Shown in pieces: positions 27,812-40,700 of a stretch of 64,000 bases of DNA. Within the stretch, counting starts at the first letter, position 1, and the number at the start of each line of letters is the position of its first letter. The position numbers and the translations under genes are program-made. Source of the DNA: Eledone cirrhosa (Eukaryota); NCBI GenBank assembly GCA_964016885.1, contig OZ024763.1:11284001-11348000 (forward strand), given 5' to 3'. Under the pieces are notes generated by a model. The model searched no databases. It worked only from the letters and a program-made list of their open reading frames with translations, and was not told the origin of the DNA.

Positions 27812-28003
27812 AACGAGTAGGACCCCGACGGCTGAGTTCAAGCCGTTTCGACGGCTAATTCTGGAGTCCAGAATTAGCCGTCGAAACGGCTTGAGCTCAG
27901 CCGTCAGGGTCCTACTCGTTCCTATTACCCACTCTACTACCCTAAGTATTGAGTACTTTGGTGCGTTATGGTCCACCTGGTTCCTTACCACATTTCCTTT
28001 GTT
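27807..28003 (+). mobile_element. PLE-like terminal remnant, family P, with 119-bp near-perfect palindrome (27807-27925)
   Basis: Right arm reads CGAAACGGC-TTGAGCTCA-GCCGTC, the 3' half of a hammerhead; flanked by (TA)n. Confidence 0.7.
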
Positions 28004-28018
28004 ATATATATATATATA

Positions 28019-28070
<52 letters not shown>

Positions 28071-28531
28071 TTTGTCCAAAATGGCTGACTGGCATGCTTT
28101 TTCTCAAATTATTTTTTTCGTTCCTTTCTCTTCTCACTCTCTATTTCTCATATTTTCTGATGAAAGACTAGTGTCCAAGACGTCAAAACTCTTTTCCTAC
28201 TATATCAAGTATGGAACTAATATATTTCTTCACTGTACTGTGTTGTTTGATTTGTTGTTTCCATTTATTTTCTACATGTATGTATGTGTATATATATATA
28301 ACAAAGAGGGTGTGGTAAGATACCAGGTGGAACACCAGAGTACTCAATACTGCTGGCTTAGTTTGGATCTAGCTGTTGAAATGGCCGGAGCTCAGCCGTT
28401 GGGGTCCTGACTCTTTTCCTATATATATATATATATATATATATCATCATCATACGTCCGCTTTTCCCAGCTTGCAAGGGTTGGGACGGGTCCTATTCAG
28501 CACAGCATCTCTCCACTTGTCACGGTCCTTC

Positions 28532-28597
28532 GTCATCTGATGAGTGAACTAGACATATATTAATATTGTCTAGAGTCCCGAAACCTTTGGTAATGGA
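28532..28597 (+). ncRNA. Minimal type-I hammerhead ribozyme motif, intact core
   Basis: TCAT-CTGATGA(28537-28543)-G..CTAGACA/TGTCTAG..C-GAAA(28580-28583)-CC-TTT-GG-TA-ATGG; downstream flank is related to that of 19605-19672. Confidence 0.6.
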
Positions 28598-28684
28598 GTA
28601 GTTATATATGGAGGTGTTCACTTTCTAATTAAATAGCTCTGTTTTATACATAGAGCACTCTTTTTTCCTTTGCTTTTTCTTCGG

Positions 28685-28728
<44 letters not shown>

Positions 28729-29443
28729 ACATACACACATACACACATACATACATACATACATTGAGAGAGAGAGAGCTATATCTGTTTTTAATTAAGT
28801 GAGGCTAGTGTTTTTCTTAAGAGGCTACTTAAAACGGTGTAAATGGTAGAAATATTAGGGTGGTGGGTTGGTGGGTGGGAGTTTTGGTTGGCTGGTAGGT
28901 GGGTGTGTAGTGGGTGGTTTGGTTGGCTGGTGGGTGTGTTTGTTTATATATTTGTTGATTGGTTGCTGGTTTGTATGTCTGTGTGTGTATGTTTGTCTGT
29001 TAGTCTGTATGTCGACTGTATGTCAGTCTTGGTGTTTTCCCCACTCTCATTGCTGAGGCCCTGGGACCATGGATAATTACACCATTGCTCTTCTATATGA
29101 TGGTGTTATGTCCGTGATTCTCATTGGTAAAGAAAGTGACATGGGGTGGGGAGGGGGTGTCCTCAATCCTTGTCTGACCGTTATTAAGAAGCTGGCCACC
29201 AAACTGCAGCTCATCCACCTTCATCACAAGGATAAAGCCATTGATCACTTGAAATGTTGTCACCATGGTAACTAAGGAGTTCCATCTACCCCAGTTTTGA
29301 AATCAGTGATCCTTCTCCAAGACACACTGACAACCAAGTCTAACAAGCTCTATCTACCTGTTGTTTTACACACTATTGGGTGGCCGTTCACTCTACTCTA
29401 CTCAGTTTTGCCTTCTGATGAGTTTTTTTTTCATCATGTAGGG

Positions 29444-29875
29444 CAGAAGTTCTCAAGTATTTTGCCCCTCACCCCCACCCCCCTCATGGGCGCGTAATAC
29501 ACTCAGTACTCCCACCCCCACCCCTATATCCACACCTGCCTACACGTAAATTGTAAAAAATATATAATAAAATCATTAATTTATATAGGTGGATTTGTAG
29601 TATCAGTAGAGGGTCAGACGCCATGCTTTACAGCATAGAGTTACTATCCTTTACATTCTAAAAAAATCTACCATGGGTCCTGGAGACCGAAGGTTATTTA
29701 TTATTTTTTTTTCAAATTTTTGGTTGTCGAAATTAGGGTGGGTCCTCGAGGATGTAGCGTCTTCAGCGCCGGGAAATACAGTTCTATTATATCATCTCTA
29801 CTTCTCTTCCCCCCCCCTCCCCGGATCTCCTCAACGCCCCCTGGAGTTTGGTAGTGTCCACTTTGAGAACCCCTC
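29444..29875. mobile_element. hAT MITE related to 12706-13084, with nested fragments
   Basis: CAGAAGTTCTCAA...TTTGAGAACCCCTC; shares internal CCTGCCTACACG.AAATTGTAAA; decayed TSD ATGTAGGG / ACATAGGG. Confidence 0.65.
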
Positions 29876-30110
29876 ACATAGGGTGTCCAAAAACCATCCT
29901 CATCACCAAGAAAGTTTGGTGGTGGTGGTGACAGGTTAGTCACTGTCGACCCGCCTGTGTGACATGTTACCAGTAGCACTCATGAGCCACCCAAACATGT
30001 GACCTGATCATGTGACCCACCCATTATGTGTGTTCTATGATAATGACTGGTTAATAACATGAAGTCACCTAATGTTATTTTGGTTAAATGTTGTTGGAGC
30101 TAGTGTTTAT

Positions 30111-30613
30111 GTAGTGGTAGTGGTGGTTGTAGTAATGGAGTGGTGGTAGTGGTGGTTGTAGTAGTGGTGGTAGTGGTGGTGGTTGGAGTATTGGAAGTGG
30201 AGTGGTGGTGGTAGGGGAGTGGTGGTTGTAGTAGTGGTGGTAGTGGTAGGGGAGTGGTGGTAGTGGTGGTTGTAGTAGTGAAGCAGTAGTGGTGGTTGTG
30301 GTAGTGGTGGTTGTAGTAGTGGAGTGGTAGTGTAGTGGTGGAGTGGTGGTAGTGGTGGTTGTAGTAGTGGTAGTGTAGTGGTGGAGTGGTGGTAGTGGTG
30401 GTTGTAGAAGTGGAAGTGGTGGGTGTAGTAGTGGAAGTGGTGGGTGTAGTAGTGGAAGTGGTGTGTTTGCAGTTGTAGTAGTGGAATGGTGGTGGTGGTG
30501 GGGGTAGTAGTGGTGCTGGTGGTGGCAGTGTTGGCGGGGGCGGTGGTGGTGGTGACAGTTGTAGTGTTGTTGGTAATAGTGGAAATGGTGGTGTTAATAG
30601 TAGTAGTAGTAGT
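30111..30613. repeat. (GTG/GTA)n triplet microsatellite
   Basis: Directly visible. Confidence 0.95.
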
Positions 30614-31109
30614 ACAGACAAGTAACCAAACTACAACCTGGCCCTTCCTATTACCCCCCCACACACACACACACACACACCACCACCACCACTACCACCA
30701 CCACCTTCCTGCTACCTGCTAAGCATGACTAGTTATTTAGAGTAGCCTATACATAATATAATAACAGTAATAATGATAGTACTAAAGATAGTTGAAACTG
30801 GGTGTCACCTATACACCACTAAATCACAGCAGCTACTAACTTAACTCGGTATATGTGTTATCTAACCTACCTGAACTATGTGTTACCTGACTAAACCTGT
30901 AAATTAACTTAAACCTTTTCTGACCATATTTCTAATGAAAGACAGTTTAGATTTAGTGATATATTTAACCTTCGCATTGGTGCTTGGAACATAACATTAC
31001 AAAGGTCCTGACATGAAATTATGGTGGAAGGTGTTTAGATGAATATAAACGCTTGAAAATAAACAGCTTTGTAGCAGAGAAAGTGAGGTGGCTTTAAACT
31101 TTACACGTA

Positions 31110-31598
31110 CTCTACATTCACTGTCCATGTCACACTATCTTGTAACATCTTTCTACATTCACTACCAATGTCACACTACCTTGTAACATAACACAGCACA
31201 CCACCATGTAACATCTTCTATATTCACTGTCCATGTCACACTACCATGTAACATCCTCTACATTCACTACCAATGTCACACTACCTTGTAACATAACACA
31301 GCACACCACCATGTAACATCTTCTATATTCACTGTCCATGTCACACTACCATGTAACATCCTCTACATTCACTACCAATGTCACACTACCTTATAACATA
31401 ACACAGCACACCACCATGTAACATCCTCTACATTCACTGTCCATGTCACACTACCATGTAACATCCTCTACATTCACTGTCCATGTCACACCACCATGTA
31501 ACATCCTCTACATTCACTGTCCATGTCACACCACCATGTAACATCCTCTACATTCACTGTCCATGTCACACCACCATGTAACATCCTCTGCATGTCAC
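31110..31598. repeat. 40-bp minisatellite with 105-bp higher-order units in its 5' part
   Basis: Unit TAACATCCTCTACATTCACTGTCCATGTCACACTACCATG. Confidence 0.92.
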
Positions 31599-31777
31599 GC
31601 TGCATCACTATGGAAACGCCTTGTTGAGTCAAACTTAGCCAAGCGTTGATACAATCCACTACTCGGAGGAGTACCCTAACTGGACTACATCTAAGTGGAC
31701 TACCTATAACAATAATTTGTTATGCCGTATATATATATATATATATATATGGATAGATGTATATATATATATATAGA

Positions 31778-32297
31778 TGTTCCACTGCACCTCACACAAA
31801 GAAGTTGAGGGGGCTGCAGTCAGACGAGCTTTCAGCTGGTATGGCAGGGCGCTGAGTCTTGCTGCCACACGTACGGCCTAACTGCAGCTACCTAGTCTGT
31901 CCAGGGCTTTACTACCTCGCTCAGAACGCGGATGTAGCCATCGGTGTTCAGCTTGAGTCCCTCAGGGAAGAAGTGAGGTGGCATGACGTCACCTAGTCGC
32001 TGGAAACTTTGTCTGCATGACTCTGGGCACGTCTTTGGATGAGACAGCGAGCCACCTATTGTTCTGGGAGTTGATTTTCTGGTGGTCTTATTTGTCCTCC
32101 TGGCGCGGATTCCGAGAAGAACTCCGTGTCTCTTCCACAAATTTGGAGGTTCAAAATTATTCATAATCAATTATTCTGAAAATAAATAATGGAAATATAG
32201 TCACTGTTTTTATGAAGACAAGAGTAACAACAGAAGTTAAAAAAATTTCCATAAAATTAGCAGTTGAAAATTGCGAACAAATATCGTCCACACCCTG

Positions 32298-32299
<2 letters not shown>
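31778..32299 (-). mobile_element. Internally deleted Tc1/mariner (maT/DD37D-like) transposon
   Basis: GDVMPPHFFPEGLKLNTDGYIRVLSEVVKPW...RPYVWQQDSAPCHT...DCSPLNFFV; terminus TA|CAGGGTGTGGACGATAT. Confidence 0.8.
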
Positions 32300-32328
<29 letters not shown>

Positions 32329-32412
32329 ACATACATATATGAATTTATGGATAGATATATATATATATATGTATATATATATATGTGTGTGTGTGTGTAT
32401 ATATGTATATAC

Positions 32413-32447
<35 letters not shown>

Positions 32448-32540
32448 TATATATATACACACACACACACACACATGATATAATCATTTAGCATCTATTT
32501 TCCCTGCCAGCAAGGGTGTGTGTGTGTGTTTATATATATA

Positions 32541-32597
<57 letters not shown>

Positions 32598-32625
32598 TTA
32601 TATATATATGTAAACACACACACAC

Positions 32626-32680
<55 letters not shown>

Positions 32681-32706
32681 TTGGGGAGGGTCATATTGTA
32701 ATAATA

Positions 32707-32934
32707 TTGCCAGAAATAATAACAGAACACACTCACTGTTTGGTTGGTTTTTCGCTTCTGTATCTTTTATATCTCCACAGTTAATTCATTCGGTCCTCAG
32801 TGTTTACCATTGACTTACCATTGGTCCATCAATGGTAAAAATTGAGGACCGAATGAATTAACTGTGGAGATATAAAAGATACAGAAGCGAAAAACCAACC
32901 AAACAGTGAGTGTGTTCTGTTATTATTTCTGGCA
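32707..32934. repeat. ~228-bp palindrome with near-perfect ~105-bp arms, between (TA)n tracts
   Basis: TTGCCAGAAATAATAACAG... / ...CTGTTATTATTTCTGGCAA. Confidence 0.93.
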
Positions 32935-32945
32935 ACTATTTTTTG

Positions 32946-32992
<47 letters not shown>

Positions 32993-33231
32993 TAGATAAA
33001 TATACACGGGTGTGTATGATTGTGTATAGAAGATTATATTAATAAGAGGAATTCCAACTTTGTCTGATTAACTCGTTTTATTTACAATCCTTTAAAATTT
33101 ATAATGGTGTTATAATGAAATAGTATGATAGAATATTAAATTCTAAGTGTTAATTGAACAAGTACTTTCATGCTTTCGCAATCTTCAGGTTCATAATGTG
33201 TGGTGACAGTCAAGTTTGCAATTTTCAACTG

Positions 33232-33268
<37 letters not shown>

Positions 33269-33858
33269 ATGTGTGTGTAGGTTGTTGCACTGTACCAGTT
33301 CTGTTATACTCTAAGACATTGTCAGTCAGCCAGAATCAGGAATCAGCTGCTGCTACTGTTGTTATTCTTTAACTGAGTCTGTTTATTTTTCTAATTCTTC
33401 ACCTAGTTTCCTTATCATCATTATTGTTGTTGTTTCTTCATGTTCCACTTAAAGGTGAAGGTAAAGTGGGAGGTGCTGCCATCTGCTGTGTTTTATGAAA
33501 GATGGGTGACAGCAGTGAGATTGACCAGCCTGAATAGGCCTAATCTGACTAAAACAGGGAGAGGACCCTTTCAATACCTGTGAAGAAACAGAGTAACCCA
33601 GGGTTTTGTTTAAGGTTCTCCCTGGAATTACCCTAAAGTATACCCCCCCACACACACACACACACTAATATTATTATTATTATAAACTTCGTTTGACTTC
33701 TGCTTCTGTCCCAAGTCAAGTGTCCAGCTGACACCCGAGGTAAAGTTTAGTTTACCCACATTTTACACTCAACTATTCTACAAATGATGCCATAAACAAC
33801 AGTAAATGTCTTTGTAAGGTATTTAAATTTATTGTTTTGATTATTATTATTATTATTA

Positions 33859-35040
33859 TGGGGTCGATAAAATAAAGTACCAGTAATACACTGGGTAATT
33901 GCTGGCCTTGTGCCAATAGTAGAAACAATTATTATTATTATCATTATTATTACGGGGGAGGTGGGCAGTGGATTGGCAGTATCAGTAGAGGGTTGGATGC
34001 CATGCTTTGCAGCATAGAGTTGCGGTCCTTTACGGTCTGAGTTCAAATCCCGCCGAGGTTAACTTTGCCTTTCATCCTTACAGGCTTGATAAAAGGAAAC
34101 ACCAGTAATGCGCTGAGGTCGATTTAATCGACTTTCCCCTCCTCCAAATTGCTGGCCTTGTGCCAAAAGTAGAAATTATTATTATTATTATTATTATTAT
34201 TCAAGTTTCACTTGGAAAGGAAGGTGAGGGAGGAGAGAGAAGTGCTGCCCCCACCCCCACACCCACCCCAGTAGATTTGTTAAAAGGTGGGTGAATGTGG
34301 CGAGAAGGGCCCATATGAATGAGCCTACTCTGACCATGCGCCTGTAGGCTGGTTAATTTGAGGAGAGGCGTGCCCTAGAAGTGTCAGGGGTTCAATATTG
34401 GTGGGGTACCTGAGTATGGGGTACCCACTATTGGGGAATTTATTTTGTTATTTTTATAGATAGTTTATTTTATATTATTTCGTCGTAAAATTGTTTTTGC
34501 TATTGTGCACTTTTACTTGAGCTTATTGTAACCCCCCTCCCCCCACCCACCCACCCACTGTCCCTGTCCTTGTATTGTCCCCTACATGTCGGCCCTTGTG
34601 GCTAATAAATGAAATTATTATTATTATAAGGCGGTGGATTAGCAGTATCGGTAGAGCGTCAGACACCATGGCTCGCAGTATAGGAGTTATAGCCCTTTAT
34701 GGTCTGAGTTCAAATCCCGCAGAGGTTAACTTTGCCTTTCATCCTTACAGGGTCGATAAAATAAAGTACCAGTAATGTACTGGGAAATTGCTGGCCTTGT
34801 GCCATAAGTAGAAACAATTATTATTATTATTATTATATAGGGTGGTGGATTGACAGTATCGGTAGAGGGTCGGGTGCCATGCTTTCATGTATAGAGTTAT
34901 GGCCCTTTCCATTCTGAGTTCAAATCCCGCCGAGGTTAACTTTGCTTTTCATCCTTACGGGGTCGATAAAATAAAGTACCAGTAATTAACTGGGATAATT
35001 GCTGGCCTTGTGCCAAAAGTAAAAAAACACTTATTATTAT
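33859..35040 (+). mobile_element. Head-to-tail cluster of four SINE-A copies plus a Tx1-like LINE 3' end (34204-34625), separated by (ATT)n
   Basis: SINEs at 33859-33930 (partial), 33961-34176, 34629-34818 and 34841-35030; FHLERKVREER..RFVKRWVNVAR motif and AATAAA before the tail. Confidence 0.8.
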
Positions 35041-35115
35041 AACTAACTCTCTCCCTTGTTTCTCTGTATTTCCAATCCAGGCTGGCGTCCGAGTCAGTAG
35101 TATGTATAGGTCTGT

Positions 35116-35353
35116 ATGGAGCCGTTTAACTACACTCTTGAGCAGATCAACTTTGAACACGAGCTTCACCTTCCTCCAGATGTAGAGAAGGTTCAACAAA
35201 ACTTTGAGTCGTTCAACAATGTGATCCACTACGACTTGGACTTCTTCGCCAACCAGGATTCACCATCTCTCTCCTCCGCTTCTACTGACACTGCAACTGA
35301 TCTTCACATACAGCCATCCCTCGCTACCGTTCTACAGTCTTATGGAATACCTG
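35116..35353 (+). CDS. Uncharacterised host gene, first coding exon (exon 35081-35353)
   Basis: Pyrimidine tract plus CCAG acceptor at 35080; in-frame TAG at 35107 then ATG at 35116; MEPFNYTLEQ...LQSYGIP; donor G|GTAAGT, phase 1. Confidence 0.75.
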
Positions 35354-35358
35354 GTAAG

Positions 35359-36258
35359 TACCACTACTACTACTACTGCTACTACTACTACTATTATTAT
35401 TATTATTACTACCACCACTACCACCACCACTACTACCTCTACCACCACTACTACCATTACCACCCCTACTACCACTACCACCACTACTACCACCACCACT
35501 ACTACCACCACTACTATCACCACCACTACCTCCACTACAACTATCACCACTACAACTATCACCACCACTACTATCACCACCACTACTATCACCACCACTA
35601 CTACCACCACCACTACTACCACCACCACTACTACTACCACCACTACTATCACCACCACTACCTCCACTACAACTATCACCACCACTACTACTACCACCAC
35701 TACTACCACCACCACTACTATCACCACCACTACTATCACCACCACTACTACCACCACCACTACTATCACACTCACCACTACCATCACCACCACTACTATC
35801 ACCGCCACTACTACCACCACCACTACTACTACCACCACCACTACTATTACCACCACTACTATCACCACCACTACCTCCACTACAACTATCACCACCACTA
35901 CTACTACCACCACTACTACTACTATCACCACCACTACTACCACCACCACTACCACCACCACCACTACCACCACCACTACTACCACCACCACTACTACCAC
36001 CACCACTACCACCACCACTACTACCATCACCACTACCACCACCACTACTACCACCACCACTACTACCACCACCACTACCACCACCACTACCACCACCACT
36101 ACTACCACCACCACTACAACTACCACCACCACTACCACCACCACTACTACCACCACCACTACAACTACCACCACCACCACCACTACCACCACCACTACTA
36201 CCACCACTACCACCACCACTACTACCACCACCACTACTACAACTACCACCACTACTAC
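35359..36258. repeat. ~900-bp (CAC/TAC)n triplet microsatellite
   Basis: Directly visible, immediately after the donor site. Confidence 0.97.
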
Positions 36259-36440
36259 CGAATACCTAAACAGGCACGACAGAGCTGCACAATACATACA
36301 TTGGCTTATGTGTAAGCATTTTGACTTGCTCCATCAAAAGAATTGGTGGGAGCATCAACCACCTCCCATCCTTGAACAAGATCACATCTCAATCTTGTGG
36401 AACTTTAGCATCCAAACAGACCGAAAAATAGATGCAAATG
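36259..36440 (+). mobile_element. Fragment of an R4/Dong-like RLE retrotransposon
   Basis: EYLNRHDRAAQYIHWLMCK...WWEHQP...ILWNFSIQTDRKIDAN. Confidence 0.8.
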
Positions 36441-36461
36441 TATATATATACGTATTTACAT

Positions 36462-36514
<53 letters not shown>

Positions 36515-36946
36515 ATAAAAATCAGTGTTAGTCGATTAGAAAAATCATCAACTTCTGCGACCTTAAAGTATCCCTACAAAATCTCAATTAATAATCTGTA
36601 CAATTGTGAAAGTTATCAAGAAAGCAACTTAGTAAAGTGAAAAGTATGATTTTACAAAATAGTAAGTTGAATGAGTTGTTTCCCTTAGATGAAAGACAAC
36701 AAAACGAAGAGTCTACTGAATGCTAGAAATGGCAGCCACTGTAATATTATAAATAATGATAGTTTTAGTGGTTAGTCAACCCTCAAATATATGCCATATT
36801 CAACAGTTTACCCTACAATACCTTACAAAACTGATGAAAACCCTCTTCAATGGTTAAAAATACTAGAAATGGCGACTAAATATCCTTCAAATCACAGAGT
36901 AGTGACACTGGAAGTATTTAGAACAAATTCAATGATATATATAATA

Positions 36947-37164
36947 TACGAGGGTAGGCTGACCAAGATACTCTCATGGAATGACCAAATGAGGTTTAGT
37001 TTTCAACATGCAAGATTTCACAGCTCTAGCATCACTCCTTCATAGGCTGACCAAAATACTCTCATGGAATGACCAAATGAGATTTATTTTTCAACGTGCA
37101 AGATTTCACACCCTAGCATCACTCCTTCATAGTGAGCCTATGAACTTTTCAGCCTACCTTCGTA
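36947..37164. mobile_element. Mariner-type MITE with two internal 88-bp units (three-unit copies at 49346-49651 and 56986-57291)
   Basis: TIRs including TA: TACGAGGGTAGGCTGA / TCAGCCTACCTTCGTA. Confidence 0.85.
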
Positions 37165-37281
37165 TATGTAAACATTGTATTTATTTAATATACAAATAAT
37201 TACTATTGCTACAGTTAAAAAATGTATAAAAAATACTTTAAATTCAGTTTTTAATTCTTGCAACAATTGTGTCAATAGTTA

Positions 37282-37732
37282 AAGAAATTCGAAATAATTT
37301 TTGCACCCATTTTTGCGATTAAGTAAAGACGGAGTTATCGTTCTTGAGATTTCGGCTCGGACAAATTTAAGGAACTGATGTCGCTAAATCGCCAAATCAT
37401 TTACCTGCCCCGTTGCATCATGGGAGGGTAATGGCTGCCTTTTAATTTTTAAACGATGGCAGATTCTTTAGTTTCTTTCGCAGTATCTTGTTCCTTGTTT
37501 CATATAAGTAAATAATTAGAACATTTTGGCGAGAAAGATATTGAAAAGACTGCCATGGTTTTTGAAAGATAAAAGGCAGCCATTACCCTCCCATGATGCA
37601 ACGGGGCAGGTAAATGATTTGGCGATTTAGCGACATCAGTTCCTTAAATTTCTCTGAGCCGAAATCTCAAGAACGATAACTCCTTCTTTACTAAATCGCA
37701 AAAATGGGTGCAAAAATTATTTCGAATTTCTT
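37282..37732. repeat. Central ~450-bp hairpin of the foldback (also at ~49769-50219 and ~57409-57859)
   Basis: AAGAAATTCGAAATAATTTTTGCACCC... / ...GGGTGCAAAAATTATTTCGAATTTCTT. Confidence 0.93.
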
Positions 37733-37790
37733 AGTAATTATTTGTATATTAAATACTTACATTGTTTGCACTTAAAAGTTCATAGGCCAA

Positions 37791-40700
37791 CTATGAAGGA
37801 GTGATGCTAGAGCTGTGAAATGTTGCATGTTGAAAAATAAACCTCATTTGGTCATTCCATGAGAGTATCTTGGTCAGCCTATGAAGGAGTGATGCTAGAG
37901 CGGTGCAATCTTGCATGTTGAAAAATAAACCTCATTTGGTCATTCCATGAGAGTATTTTGGTCAGCCTATGAAGGAGTGATGCTAGAGCTGTGAAATCTT
38001 GCATGTTGAAAAATAAACCTCATTTGGTCATTCCATGAGAGTATCTTGGTCAGCCTATGAAGGAGTGATGCTAGAGCGGTGCAATCTTGCATGTTGAAAA
38101 ATAAACCTCATTTGGTCATTCCATGAGAGTATTTTGGTCAGCCTATGAAGGAGTGATGCTAGAGCTGTGAAATCTTGCATGTTGAAAAATAAACCGCATT
38201 TGGTCATCCCATTAGAGTATCTTGGTCAGCCTATGAAGGAGTGATGCTAGAGCTGTGAAATCTTGCATGTGAAAAAAGTAACCTCATTTGGTCATTCCAT
38301 GAGAGTATCTTGGTCAGCCTATGAAGGAGTGATGCTAGAGCTGTGAAATCTTGTATGTTGAAAAATAACCTCATTTGGTCATTCCATGAGAGTATCTTGG
38401 TCAGCCTATGAAGGAGTGATGCTAGAGCTGTGAAATCTTGCATGTTGAAAAATAAACCTCATTTGGTCATTCCATGAGAGTATTTTGGTCAGCCTATGAA
38501 GGAGTGATGCTAGAGCTGTGAAATCTTGCATGTTGAAAAATAAACCTCATTTGCTCATTCCATGAGAGTATCTTGGTCAGCCTAAGAAGGAGTGATGCTA
38601 GAGCTGTGAAATCTTGCATGTTGAAAAATAAACCTCATTTGGTCATTCCTTGAGAGTATCTTGGTCAGCCTATGAAGGAGTGATGCTAGAGCTGTGAAAT
38701 CTTGCATGTGGAAAAATAAACCTCATTTGGTCATTCCATGAGAGTATCTTGGTCAGCCTATGAAGGAGTGATGCTAGAGCTGTGAAATCTTGCATGTTGA
38801 AAAATAAACCTCATTTGGTCATTCCATGAGAGTATTTTGGTCAGCCTATGAAGGAGTGATGCTAGAGCTGTGAAATCTTGCATGTTGAAAAATAAACCTC
38901 ATTTGGTCATTCCATGAGAGTATCTTGGTCAGCCTATGAAGGAGTGATGCTAGAGCTGTGAAATCTTGCATGTGGAAAAAGTAAACTCATTTGGTCATTC
39001 CATGAGAGTATCTTGGTCAGCCTATGAAGGAGTGATGCTAGAGCTGTGAAATCTTGTATGTTGAAAAATAAACCTCATTTGGTCATTCCATGAGAGTATC
39101 TTGGTCAGCCTATGAAGGAGTGATGCTAGAGCTGTGAAATCTTGCATGTTGAAAAATAAACCTCATTTGGTCATTCCATGAGAGTATTTTGGTCAGCCTA
39201 TGAAGGAGTGATGCTAGAGCTGTGAAATCTTGCATGTTGAAAAATAAACCCCATTTGGTCATTCCATGAGAGTATCTTGGTCAGCCTATGAAGGAGTGAT
39301 GCTAGAGCGGTGCAATCTTGCATGTTGAAAAATAAACCTCATTTGGTCATTCCATGAGAGTATTTTGGTCAGCCTATGAAGGAGTGATGCTAGAGCTGTG
39401 AAATCTTGCATGTTGAAAAATAAACCTCATTTGGTCATTCCATTAGAGTATCTTGGTCAGCCTATGAAGGAGTGATGCTAGAGCTGTGAAATCTTGCATG
39501 TGAAAAAAGTAACCTCATTTGGTCATTCCATGAGAGTATCTTGGTCAGCCTATGAAGGAGTGATGCTAGAGCTGTGAAATCTTGTATGTTGAAAAATAAC
39601 CTCATTTGGTCATTCCATGAGAGTATCTTGGTCAGCCTATGAAGGAGTGATGCTAGAGCTGTGAAATCTTGCATGTTGAAAAATAAACCTCATTTGGTCA
39701 TTCCATGAGAGTATTTTGGTCAGCCTATGAAGGAGTGATGCTAGAGCTGTGAAATCTTGCATGTTGAAAAATAAACCTCATTTGCTCATTCCATGAGAGT
39801 ATCTTGGTCAGCCTAAGAAGGAGTGATGCTAGAGCTGTGAAATCTTGCATGTTGAAAAATAAACCTCATTTGGTCATTCCTTGAGAGTATCTTGGTCAGC
39901 CTATGAAGGAGTGATGCTAGAGCTGTGAAATCTTGCATGTGGAAAAATAAACCTCATTTGGTCATTCCATGAGAGTATCTTGGTCAGCCTATGAAGGAGT
40001 GATGCTAGAGCTGTGAAATTTTGCATGTTGAAAAATAAACCTCATTTGGTCATTCCATGAGAGTATTTTGGTCAGCCTATGAAGGAGTGATGCTAGAGCT
40101 GTGAAATCTTGCATGTGGAAAAATAAACCTCATTTGGTCATTCCATGAGAGTATCTTGGTCAGCCTATGAAGGAGTGATGCTAGAGCTGTGAAATTTTGC
40201 ATGTTGAAAAATAAACCTCATTTGGTCATTCCATGAGAGTATTTTGGTCAGCCTATGAAGGAGTGATGCTAGAGCTGTGAAATCTTGCATGTTGAAAAAT
40301 AAACCTCATTTGGTCATTCCATGAGAGTATCTTGGTCAGCCTATGAAGGAGTGATGCTAGAGCTGTGAAATCTTGCATGTGGAAAAAGTAAACTCATTTG
40401 GTCATTCCATGAGAGTATCTTGGTCAGCCTATGAAGGAGTGATGCTAGAGCTGTGAAATCTTGTATGTTGAAAAATAAACCTCATTTGGTCATTCCATGA
40501 GAGTATCTTGGTCAGCCTATGAAGGAGTGATGCTAGAGCTGTGAAATCTTGCATGTTGAAAAATAAACCTCATTTGGTCATTCCATGAGAGTATTTTGGT
40601 CAGCCTATGAAGCAGTGATGCTAGAGCTGTGAAATCTTGCATGTTGAAAAATAAACCTCATTTGCTCATTCCATGAGAGTGTCTTGGTCAGCCTATGAAG

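Noticed and set aside
35332-36463. Poly-Val and poly-Thr (mucin-like) ORFs; similar at 30100-30722
   Set aside because: Alternative frames of a triplet microsatellite; the non-repetitive tail is a retrotransposon fragment
36791-37199. Small repeated ORFs (MPYSTVYP..., MQDFTALAS...)
   Set aside because: Run through foldback arm and satellite units; recurrence reflects DNA duplication and most units contain stops
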